Source: a virus
Taxonomy: Duplodnaviria; Caudoviricetes
Length of the DNA: 64,000 bases
Direction: 5' to 3' (one strand)
Virus record (IMG/VR): IMGVR_UViG_3300024322_000001
Positions 8,951-16,506 of this stretch are shown piece by piece. The notes under the pieces are model-generated. The model was given only the letters and a program-made list of their open reading frames with translations. It was not told the origin of the DNA and ran no database searches. The position numbers and the translations under genes are program-made. The number at the start of each line of letters is the position of its first letter. Within the stretch, counting starts at the first letter, position 1.

Positions 8951-9359
8951 AATCTTGAATTGTTTTTGAATCTTTTTTCTCCCATGGGTACACGATCCAA
9001 TCAGTAGTTTCTAACCAATTGCAGTAGAAGTCTGGTTTTGTTACTGTAGTGTTTCTTACGTCTAATGTAGCTGTTGTGTATCCCTGTTTCTTAAAGTGTT
9101 TGAGGGTCTGTCCAGAGTCGGATATATCATCCACTATTAATATTTTTTTCTTATCTATATTAAGGTTAAACTCCTCTAACTTTTCTAGATGGTCTATAGT
9201 TATGTGCTTTATCCCCAGTTTATGAGACATAATGACTGCTACTACTAAACCTCCTCTCGGTATACCTACTACGTAATCTACATTTTTAATTTTATTTGCT
9301 AATTTTTCTACCTGGTGGTCTATATCGTTCCAGGTAACGAATACTTTTTTTGGAGTCAT
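8940..9359 (-). CDS. type I purine phosphoribosyltransferase (Gpt/Hpt-like)
   Basis: VVGIPRGGL, PRPP loop LIVDDISDSGQT, WIVYPWE. Confidence 0.9.
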   Translation of the reverse strand: MTPKKVFVTWNDIDHQVEKLANKIKNVDYVVGIPRGGLVVAVIMSHKLGIKHITIDHLEKLEEFNLNIDKKKILIVDDISDSGQTLKHFKKQGYTTATLDVRNTTVTKPDFYCNWLETTDWIVYPWEKKDSKTIQDYLD

Positions 9360-9362
9360 ATC

Positions 9363-9665
9363 TTACTTTAATATTAACGTTGATAAATGTACTATGTTAT
9401 ACTTAATTGCATAGTCAACAACTTCTTGTCCTGTTTCTTCACTTACGATTCTTATATCTTTGAAGTCAAGACCTTCTTCGTTAACATATTCTACTAATTC
9501 CCTAACAGTACAGCTATGATTTTCCAAGTTCATCAAATCTAAGGTCTGTATGGAGTCCATTGTAATTAATTCTAAGGTATTCCCAGATAGTTTATAATCC
9601 CAAATAGGACTATTTAAAAAGTACACCTTACGGTCTAAATCTTCTAAAATATTACTATAATTCAT
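9363..9665 (-). CDS. hypothetical protein
   Basis: 100-aa ORF within the operon. Confidence 0.6.
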   Translation of the reverse strand: MNYSNILEDLDRKVYFLNSPIWDYKLSGNTLELITMDSIQTLDLMNLENHSCTVRELVEYVNEEGLDFKDIRIVSEETGQEVVDYAIKYNIVHLSTLILK

Positions 9666-9789
9666 TTATAAAAATTTTTAGTTTATCTATTAATACTAGT
9701 ACATCGTCTGGTTCCATAGTAATAGCACAGCATGTATTAATATTTTCTTCTACTTCTTCTAATATCTCTAAAGCTTCGTCTTTAGTCAT
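9655..9789 (-). CDS. hypothetical protein (44 aa)
   Basis: Hand-translated MTKDEALEILEEVEENINTCCAITMEPDDVLVLIDKLKIFINEL; start overlaps the queE stop. Confidence 0.6.
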   Translation of the reverse strand: MTKDEALEILEEVEENINTCCAITMEPDDVLVLIDKLKIFINEL

Positions 9790-10577
9790 TATACTTCACG
9801 TTGATCTTCAAAAGCAATGATATGCGGTCTCCAAGTCATTCTATAACCATTATCTCTAACCCAATCAAATAATACCGGATAAGATTTAAATAATGCTTCC
9901 CTTGAATCTCCTGCAGGCATAAACCATACCTTACTTTTAGGTATTTTTAACCTGTAAATACAGGTCATTATTTCCTCTAAAGCTTTTTCATCTTTACCAT
10001 CCCATACAGGTTTTAAATGATAGTCAGAGTGGTAATTGATACTTTCTTCTATAGCATCATAATTAAGTCTAAACTTATTATGCTGCTTTATCATTCTTTC
10101 GTCAGTAATCCCTCCTTGAGGAGTCTCTACGCCAATGACTGGAACAGAATTAGAAAACTTAGGGCTAATAGATAGCAGATTAATAGGGTAATCTGTGGGT
10201 AGAAAGTGACTACCTTCAGTTTCGATAGTAATAAATATATTATTCTCATTTGCAAAGTGTGTTAATTCGTTTACCAAAGCTGGATGCATTGTAGGAGAAC
10301 CTCCTGTTAGCATCATTTCTTTAATATGGGGGTTATCTTTATACTTTTGTATAATATCGTTAAAATTAAATTGACCTTTTTCTGGATGGATTGAAGTATA
10401 CCAGCTATCACACCAGCCTCCTTCTCCAAAGTAACATCTATGGGTACAGCCAGTAGTTCTAATTACTATAGTTGGGTACCCTGCTCTTGAACCTTCTGAC
10501 TGTACTGCAGTATAAACTTCTACAATCGGTAAGTTCTTTTCGTAATCTTCTATTCTTTTTAATTGTTTATGCGACAT
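9789..10577 (-). CDS. queE: 7-carboxy-7-deazaguanine synthase (radical SAM)
   Basis: EVYTAVQSEG, RTTGC, CTHRC...WCD, TGGSP, ETEG, SISPK, RPH. Confidence 0.93.
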   Translation of the reverse strand: MSHKQLKRIEDYEKNLPIVEVYTAVQSEGSRAGYPTIVIRTTGCTHRCYFGEGGWCDSWYTSIHPEKGQFNFNDIIQKYKDNPHIKEMMLTGGSPTMHPALVNELTHFANENNIFITIETEGSHFLPTDYPINLLSISPKFSNSVPVIGVETPQGGITDERMIKQHNKFRLNYDAIEESINYHSDYHLKPVWDGKDEKALEEIMTCIYRLKIPKSKVWFMPAGDSREALFKSYPVLFDWVRDNGYRMTWRPHIIAFEDQREV

Positions 10578-11031
10578 AATAAGCTGCGTTTTTTCCGTGT
10601 TCCATAAATTTTACTTTCGTCACCTTAACTCTACCTTCTGTTTCTTCTTCTACAAAATCATTTAATTTATTAAAAATATATTCTGCAAATTTTTCTGCTC
10701 CGGTAGCAGGTATAACTCTGATTTGTGCTACTTCTGATAATCCCATATGTAGAAATTTATCTAAATAGGGGTCGTCCTGAGCAACTATGAAGGTATGGTC
10801 GAACATATAATCCATCCATTGCTTAGGAGATAAGCCATCTATTTTAGTCTTAGCTCTTTTCATACCTCCGAAGTCCCATACCCAGTTTCTGTAGTCTAAT
10901 TCTCCTTCAAAATATACTTTAAATGCTACTCCGTAGCCGTGAACAAACCTACAATGTGTATCTTCTGCTTTCCATTGACGGAACACAGTAGAGAACCCGT
11001 CGAATACTTTACTTGATTGAAATTTTCCCAT
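10567..11031 (-). CDS. queD: 6-carboxytetrahydropterin synthase
   Basis: HCRFVHGY, DFG, FDHT, GAEKFA, terminal E. Confidence 0.92.
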   Translation of the reverse strand: MGKFQSSKVFDGFSTVFRQWKAEDTHCRFVHGYGVAFKVYFEGELDYRNWVWDFGGMKRAKTKIDGLSPKQWMDYMFDHTFIVAQDDPYLDKFLHMGLSEVAQIRVIPATGAEKFAEYIFNKLNDFVEEETEGRVKVTKVKFMEHGKNAAYYVA

Positions 11032-11040
11032 ATCTTTAAT

Positions 11041-11274
11041 TTAAACTAATTCTTCCCCTATTCCAACTATTTCTGCTAAAAATAGACCTATAAAGCCTAA
11101 TTCAAACATACCAAAGAAGCCAAAAGCACATGCTCCTAGCCTAATAGCTGATTTTAAAAATGAAATTCTTTGGTGAAGTTTCGGATCAGGTATTTTCTGT
11201 CCGTCGATCTCAATAGAACCTTTTTGTTTTTTAAACTCCGTATCTTTATACAGAGTATTTGCTTTTTTACTCAT
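11041..11274 (-). CDS. small membrane protein, first gene of the queD-queE operon
   Basis: Two short hydrophobic segments (AIRLGACAFGFFG, LGFIGLFLAEIVG). Confidence 0.7.
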   Translation of the reverse strand: MSKKANTLYKDTEFKKQKGSIEIDGQKIPDPKLHQRISFLKSAIRLGACAFGFFGMFELGFIGLFLAEIVGIGEELV

Positions 11275-11276
11275 AT

Positions 11277-11306
11277 TGGTGTTTTTAAAGTGGTGCTACG
11301 ACACTA
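11277..11306 (-). ncRNA. putative preQ1-I riboswitch aptamer in the leader of the queD/queE operon
   Basis: U-AGUG-UCGUAGCAC-CACU-UUAAAAAC: nearly the same loop as the folE copy with a different, compensated stem. Confidence 0.65.
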
Positions 11307-11324
11307 TAGTCTTATATTACTTAT

Positions 11325-11355
11325 AATATAATAAAAAAAGGGATAGTAAGCAACT
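11325..11355 (-). promoter_or_regulatory. sigma-type promoter AGTTG-N20-TATATT
   Basis: Recurring bipartite motif; overlaps the upstream terminator. Confidence 0.65.
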
Positions 11356-11363
11356 ATCCCCTT
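11333..11363 (-). terminator. intrinsic terminator after fibre gene 11383..13131
   Basis: GGGATAGT-TGCTT-ACTATCCC hairpin followed by a T run on the minus strand. Confidence 0.8.
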
Positions 11364-11382
11364 AGTTTTTTTTAAATTATTT

Positions 11383-13131
11383 TTATGCTAGTAATGCTAA
11401 TAAAGAACCTGTAAAGTCATTGTAGTTTGTTGACCCTGTTAATGCAGCTCTTAATTTTGCTTTGCTAACATAATTTAATTCAATAGAAGCTGATGGTACA
11501 AATGTGTAAGCATCCTGCTCTAAATCGTGAATATCGTTATGATTTTCTGTCCACGATTGTGCTATAGAAGCAGACAGCATTGTAAATGAACCTGTAATGT
11601 CAGCTTTTAAAGCGTATGAACTTGTTGCTGCTAATAGTCCTAGTTGCGAACCAGATAATGCAGCTATATCGTCATTGTTGTTACTTACATCGGTTTGTAG
11701 AATTGCTATGTCATCTACATTGGCAGTAGTCACGACTGCAAAAGATGCTGAAACTGCATCTAGCTGTGCATCAGTAGCATACTCACTATCTATAGAGGAA
11801 CTAAAACTTTCTAAGCTTATAATTCTAGCATCTAAAGAAGCTGTAGCTGTATATAATTCATCTTCAGAAGCATATATATTATCAAATGAAGAACTAAAGT
11901 TTAATAGATGTGCTGTTTCTAAAGCAAGTGATGAAGACACACTATCTAGTTGTGCGTCTGTAGCATAATAGTTGTCTAAAGAAGAACTAAAGTGATCTAA
12001 TCTAGCTATAGATTCCGAGACATTGCTATATCCTGCTATCGATAATTGACCAGATTCTGCTTTAATATTTCTAATTGTGACAATGTCATTATCTGCTGAT
12101 ATTTTGCCAGTGGTATTTATATCATCAGAAGCATATATAGTACCGGTTACCGCGATTCCATTAGTAGTAGTTGAGAATTTTTTAGCATTATCATAATAAA
12201 GCTCAATAGGACCATCTTTTGTAAACTTAGCAAAAGTTTCTCCCAATTGTCCTGATTTGATTTCAACTTCATTATCTGAAACTATTAATAGATCTCCAGA
12301 TCCTTTTTCCTGTATATGTGAATTTCCAGCTACATCTGAGAATATATCTAGTTTGCTATCTATTGCAATTTTTCTACCTGCTGTGGCAAGTATTATATCT
12401 CCATTGGATACTGTTACTGTACCTTCTTGATCAAGAGTACCAATTCTAGTATAGTCTCCTTTTTGACCAGTATCTCCATTGTGATCTATATCACCAAGTA
12501 AAAAAGTACTACCTGTAATTGATAAATCTCCTTTAAATTTACTATCTGCATTTACATAGAAAGGATAGTCAGCTTCTTCTTTTAGATTTGCTCCTAATTT
12601 AAATCTACTTGAAGAAGGATGGTTAATCTGTATTCCTGCATATCTGGTAGGAATACCAGATTCTACTTTATAGTAGTCTTCTAATTTAATATGTTCTCCA
12701 TTACCACCAGCTACTCCATCTCTTCCTGCTTCAGAGATACTAAATTTATTATTATAAAAAGTAGTATAGTTTACGTTTGAAGACGTAGTTTCTGCTGCTA
12801 ATTGAAGACCGTGTAAACCTTCTGTATCAGTCGGTAGTACCTCTAACAATCCTCCTCCGTTAACTCCCTTTTGAAGATTTATATCGTCTCCTAGAGTTAT
12901 AGATTTATTAGAATCTAATCCTCCACTAACAAATACTGAACCTGTGAAGTTATGTAGATCATCTGCAGAATCTCCAAACAGAGTAGAACCTGATCTGTAG
13001 ATGATTGATGTTTGTACTTTTTCCGTTATAAATTGTTCTGCAGTTACATCTCCTGTAACTATCAGACTGCCGGATAGACTTACTATCTGTCCGCTTATCG
13101 GTTTAATGCTATTTACTCTAATTCTACTCAT
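11383..13131 (-). CDS. putative virion fibre/structural protein
   Basis: SIIYRSGSTLFGDSADDLHNFTGS motif, VELYYDN-like knob (IELYYDNAKKF), C-terminal YATDAQL coiled-coil repeats; late-type motif upstream. Confidence 0.65.
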   Translation of the reverse strand: MSRIRVNSIKPISGQIVSLSGSLIVTGDVTAEQFITEKVQTSIIYRSGSTLFGDSADDLHNFTGSVFVSGGLDSNKSITLGDDINLQKGVNGGGLLEVLPTDTEGLHGLQLAAETTSSNVNYTTFYNNKFSISEAGRDGVAGGNGEHIKLEDYYKVESGIPTRYAGIQINHPSSSRFKLGANLKEEADYPFYVNADSKFKGDLSITGSTFLLGDIDHNGDTGQKGDYTRIGTLDQEGTVTVSNGDIILATAGRKIAIDSKLDIFSDVAGNSHIQEKGSGDLLIVSDNEVEIKSGQLGETFAKFTKDGPIELYYDNAKKFSTTTNGIAVTGTIYASDDINTTGKISADNDIVTIRNIKAESGQLSIAGYSNVSESIARLDHFSSSLDNYYATDAQLDSVSSSLALETAHLLNFSSSFDNIYASEDELYTATASLDARIISLESFSSSIDSEYATDAQLDAVSASFAVVTTANVDDIAILQTDVSNNNDDIAALSGSQLGLLAATSSYALKADITGSFTMLSASIAQSWTENHNDIHDLEQDAYTFVPSASIELNYVSKAKLRAALTGSTNYNDFTGSLLALLA

Positions 13132-13149
13132 CTTATATAAATATGTCTA

Positions 13150-14589
13150 TTAATCTGTTAATGCGTATTTTACTACGTAAACATCAGAATTTTGTGATAT
13201 AAATAATTCTCCGTTTACTTCTGTATCGTGAAACAATCTCATATTGTAGTTAGGCGGTACTACTGTTGATGGTATAGCTTTAGGAGACATGAAATAATTC
13301 GAATCAACCGAATTAGCTGTTAGTCTATGCTGCACTGTAGAACTTCCGTTAACTACTGTGTTACCATTTGTTGTTAATGAACCAGTAACGTTTAAGCTAC
13401 CTGTTATACTATGTTTGTCATCTAATGTATCTCCGAACTGTGTCGAACCTGATTGGTATATTACTGAAGAAGATACTATTGATGTATTAAACTGGTTTGC
13501 AGTAAGTGTTCCGTCAATAGTAACGTCACCTGTGACGTCTATATTACCTACTTGATTGGTATCTCCTGTCAGGTCATATGTACCAGTTTGGATAAAATTA
13601 CCTTCCTGTACTATACTCCCGGAAATAGCTATATCTGTACTGCCTGTAATATTTACTGCTCCAGTTAATGTAGTATCTCCTAATAAGGTAAAATCTCCTG
13701 CCTGTGAAGTGCTTCCTGTTCGGATTAATACTCCGTTTTGAATTATACTACCTGAAATATGTATGTCTGTACTTCCTGTAATTGCAACTTCTCCTGATAA
13801 TGTTGTTACACCAGTAGAGGTTAAAGAACCTGAGCTTATTAAACTTCCTGTTATGCTCGATTTACCTATTAGTGATGAATCTCCTGAAGTTTCACTATTT
13901 CCTACACGTTTTAAGGTTCCTGTTTGTCTTAGTCCACCCTGTATGTCAAAATCACCTATATTATTGAACCGTCCAGTGTGATCTGTACGTCCTGTTTTTG
14001 CAGTATCTCCTACTTGAGTAAACTTACCTGTTTGTTCGGTATCACCTGTATGTTTATATAATCCTATATGAGAATTAATCCCAGTATGTGTAAAATCACC
14101 TTCAAGATCATAATCTCCTTTTTGATCCGAATCTCCTAGTAGTTCTATACTTCCGGTTTGTTCAATGTTTCCAATTAAACTGTAATTACCTGTTTGATCA
14201 ATATCCCCGCTAAGGTTTATGCTACCAATTTGTGTAGTATCCCCAACTTGAAAGGTACTTCCTGTAATAGTTAAATTTCCTACTAAGTTTTCACTGCCGG
14301 AAATTAAAAGGCTACCTGTAAATGTATGGTTATCATCTTGAGTATCACCGTACTTAGTAGAGCCGGATTCATATATAATAGAAGAAGTAACCTGTGTTGC
14401 TATAAATCTTCTTGCAGTTACAGGTCCATCTACATTTAGGCTTCCTGTAACTTCAAGCACGCCACTGACGGTAAGATCGGCCATTGAGCCTGATAGGATT
14501 CTTCCGTATCCGTCTTGTAGTATTCCTTTATCAACTTGAACTATCCGTTGATAAGTTTTATTAATCTTATTGCTGGTAAAATCTGCCAT
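13150..14589 (-). CDS. putative virion fibre protein (Gly-periodic beta-helix)
   Basis: Gly every ~6 residues over ~300 aa; two copies of S-I/V-IYxSGSTx(Y/F)GDTxDDxH. Confidence 0.65.
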   Translation of the reverse strand: MADFTSNKINKTYQRIVQVDKGILQDGYGRILSGSMADLTVSGVLEVTGSLNVDGPVTARRFIATQVTSSIIYESGSTKYGDTQDDNHTFTGSLLISGSENLVGNLTITGSTFQVGDTTQIGSINLSGDIDQTGNYSLIGNIEQTGSIELLGDSDQKGDYDLEGDFTHTGINSHIGLYKHTGDTEQTGKFTQVGDTAKTGRTDHTGRFNNIGDFDIQGGLRQTGTLKRVGNSETSGDSSLIGKSSITGSLISSGSLTSTGVTTLSGEVAITGSTDIHISGSIIQNGVLIRTGSTSQAGDFTLLGDTTLTGAVNITGSTDIAISGSIVQEGNFIQTGTYDLTGDTNQVGNIDVTGDVTIDGTLTANQFNTSIVSSSVIYQSGSTQFGDTLDDKHSITGSLNVTGSLTTNGNTVVNGSSTVQHRLTANSVDSNYFMSPKAIPSTVVPPNYNMRLFHDTEVNGELFISQNSDVYVVKYALTD

Positions 14590-14660
14590 GTATACACTTA
14601 TATTGTATAAATAGCTGAATAATCTGATTTAGTAGTGATTTATTAATCAGTAAAATTTAG

Positions 14661-14734
14661 TGGAGAATATCGGAGTCGAACCGATGACCTCCTGCGTGCA
14701 AGGCAGGCGCTCTAGCCAGCTGAGCTAATCCCCC
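14661..14734 (-). tRNA. tRNA-Ala(UGC), CCA not encoded
   Basis: GGGGGATTAGCTCAGCTGGCTAGAGCGCCTGCCTTGCACGCAGGAGGTCATCGGTTCGACTCCGATATTCTCCA; cloverleaf, TGC anticodon, G3:U70 Ala identity pair. Confidence 0.96.
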
Positions 14735-14740
14735 TACCTG

Positions 14741-14884
14741 TTAAATAGTTCGGTTTCTTCTTGCACCGTCCCAGTACACTTTTCTTGACTTGCCTAACAT
14801 AGCATATCTACTTACTCTCTGATTAACTTTTGCTCTTTCAGAGTTTAGTTGGGTGTTTCCATTGTTTGAATCTTGTGATTGCAT
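14741..14884 (-). CDS. small basic hypothetical protein (47 aa)
   Basis: Hand-translated MQSQDSNNGNTQLNSERAKVNQRVSRYAMLGKSRKVYWDGARRNRTI. Confidence 0.5.
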   Translation of the reverse strand: MQSQDSNNGNTQLNSERAKVNQRVSRYAMLGKSRKVYWDGARRNRTI

Positions 14885-14910
14885 TACTGACTTATTGGTT
14901 AAACATTAAT

Positions 14911-15699
14911 TTATACATAGTCAGCAAGTACTTTTTCAACATGAGTTTTTGCTACTTCGTAATCAACCACTCCAGTTTCATCCTCATACTGTACAGGATC
15001 TTTTCTCCCCAAAGCAATAAAAGCCTCAATCCTCTCAACACTAGAAGCAGACTTATAATCGGAATTTCCACTAGGATAGGGTTTGTACGATGTATTAGTT
15101 CTCTTATAAACTTCATCAAAATCAATACCTAAAATTTCACATAATTTTTCTCCATCTTGTAGAATACCAAATTTATCAGTATCTAAATAAGGTGTAAAGT
15201 AACCTACTCTATCTGCATCCCAGTTTCCAATTCTAAAAGCTGCATCATCTGCATCTCTAAATTCTTGTCTACAATCAGGATAAACTGCATGATCACCAGC
15301 ATGAATACCTAAAGCAATATCACAAACGTCTTCTGTTCTATTTGCTACAGATAATGCAACTGCTTGAGTAATTGAAGCAAACATTTTGTTTCTATTAGGA
15401 ACAACTGTTTCTTTCATATTATCTTGCTCATAATGTCCTTCTGGTACATCATCCCCACCTGTAACTAAAGCTGAGTCTAATAAATCTACTAGACCATCAA
15501 GTTTAATTTGACGATAATTTATTTTGTGTCCTTTACTTGCAAGGTAATCAATTAATGATTGAGCTCTCTCTAGCTCTACTCTGTGTTTTTGACCGTAATC
15601 AAATGAGATACCAGTTACGGTATCATACTTCTCGATAGCTCTTAACAATAGGGTGCTACTATCCATTCCACCACTTAAACTTACTACACAATGTGCCAT
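14911..15699 (-). CDS. queC: 7-cyano-7-deazaguanine synthase (Zn-binding Cys motif absent)
   Basis: SLSGGMDS PP-loop, FDYGQKH, VPNRN, YPDCR. Confidence 0.95.
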   Translation of the reverse strand: MAHCVVSLSGGMDSSTLLLRAIEKYDTVTGISFDYGQKHRVELERAQSLIDYLASKGHKINYRQIKLDGLVDLLDSALVTGGDDVPEGHYEQDNMKETVVPNRNKMFASITQAVALSVANRTEDVCDIALGIHAGDHAVYPDCRQEFRDADDAAFRIGNWDADRVGYFTPYLDTDKFGILQDGEKLCEILGIDFDEVYKRTNTSYKPYPSGNSDYKSASSVERIEAFIALGRKDPVQYEDETGVVDYEVAKTHVEKVLADYV

Positions 15700-15752
15700 A
15701 ATTTACTTATTTAATTTTTGCCAGGTATTTTGCGTATAGGCTAACGCTTTTA

Positions 15753-16049
15753 TTATTCCATTATTGAAGTTATCTTTGTCTGAATAGTTTTAAACTCCTC
15801 AACATATTCTTTAATAGAGTTATATTCCTTACTTTTGTTTAGCAGTTCTTCTGCTGCTTTTTTTAGAGCATTAGTAAAATTAGACGGGTAACAAATAGTT
15901 TTAATATACTCTGTGTCGTTATCCCCTTTAATTACTCTTTCAAATAAGGTGTATCCGCCTGTGTTAGAACGTGAAATAAAAAAAGGTTCTAGTGCTGGAT
16001 CGGTAATGACCGTATCCGAGCTTGGAATTGAATCTGGTTTTCTTAACAT
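15753..16049 (-). CDS. hypothetical protein
   Basis: 98-aa co-oriented ORF. Confidence 0.65.
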   Translation of the reverse strand: MLRKPDSIPSSDTVITDPALEPFFISRSNTGGYTLFERVIKGDNDTEYIKTICYPSNFTNALKKAAEELLNKSKEYNSIKEYVEEFKTIQTKITSIME

Positions 16050-16053
16050 AACT

Positions 16054-16311
16054 TTAATTTAGTATTAATTCTTTTAATTTATCTTCTTTTACTAGTCCAA
16101 CTTCTTTGAGTACATTATCACCTTTTACTACAACGGTAGTAGGTATTGACTGTATTCTGTATTTAGCTGCTAGTCCTTGGGTATCGTTGTCAATATTTAC
16201 TTCTATAAATTCAACTTCCTTACTTAATTCTTCAGATACCTTATCCCAGGTTTTACCGTATATTTTGCATGGACCGCACCAGGTAGCGTAAAACTTAATA
16301 GCTTTTGTCAT
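16054..16311 (-). CDS. trxA: thioredoxin
   Basis: FYATWCGPCK, IQSIPT. Confidence 0.93.
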   Translation of the reverse strand: MTKAIKFYATWCGPCKIYGKTWDKVSEELSKEVEFIEVNIDNDTQGLAAKYRIQSIPTTVVVKGDNVLKEVGLVKEDKLKELILN

Positions 16312-16442
16312 CTTACTCCTTTAGATTTATAGTGTTTAGCTTTAGAAAATTTGGTTTGTTTCTTACTGTTAGATTTTTGATTCAACGTACCTAACCATTC
16401 CATAATTTGAATATAACGTTGCTTATTAGATGTTTTGGACAT
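16308..16442 (-). CDS. small basic hypothetical protein (44 aa)
   Basis: Hand-translated MSKTSNKQRYIQIMEWLG...; ATGA overlap with trxA; promoter at 16460-16490. Confidence 0.55.
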   Translation of the reverse strand: MSKTSNKQRYIQIMEWLGTLNQKSNSKKQTKFSKAKHYKSKGVR

Positions 16443-16506
16443 ATCTTATTCTTTATTATAATATACGAATAATAAATGTTATTTCCAACTATACACTAAT
16501 TTTTTT

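Noticed and set aside
3494-15699. que genes as host tRNA-queuosine auxiliary metabolism
   Set aside because: No queA, queG/queH or canonical zinc-binding Tgt in the window; the DpdA-like and formyltransferase genes favour DNA modification.
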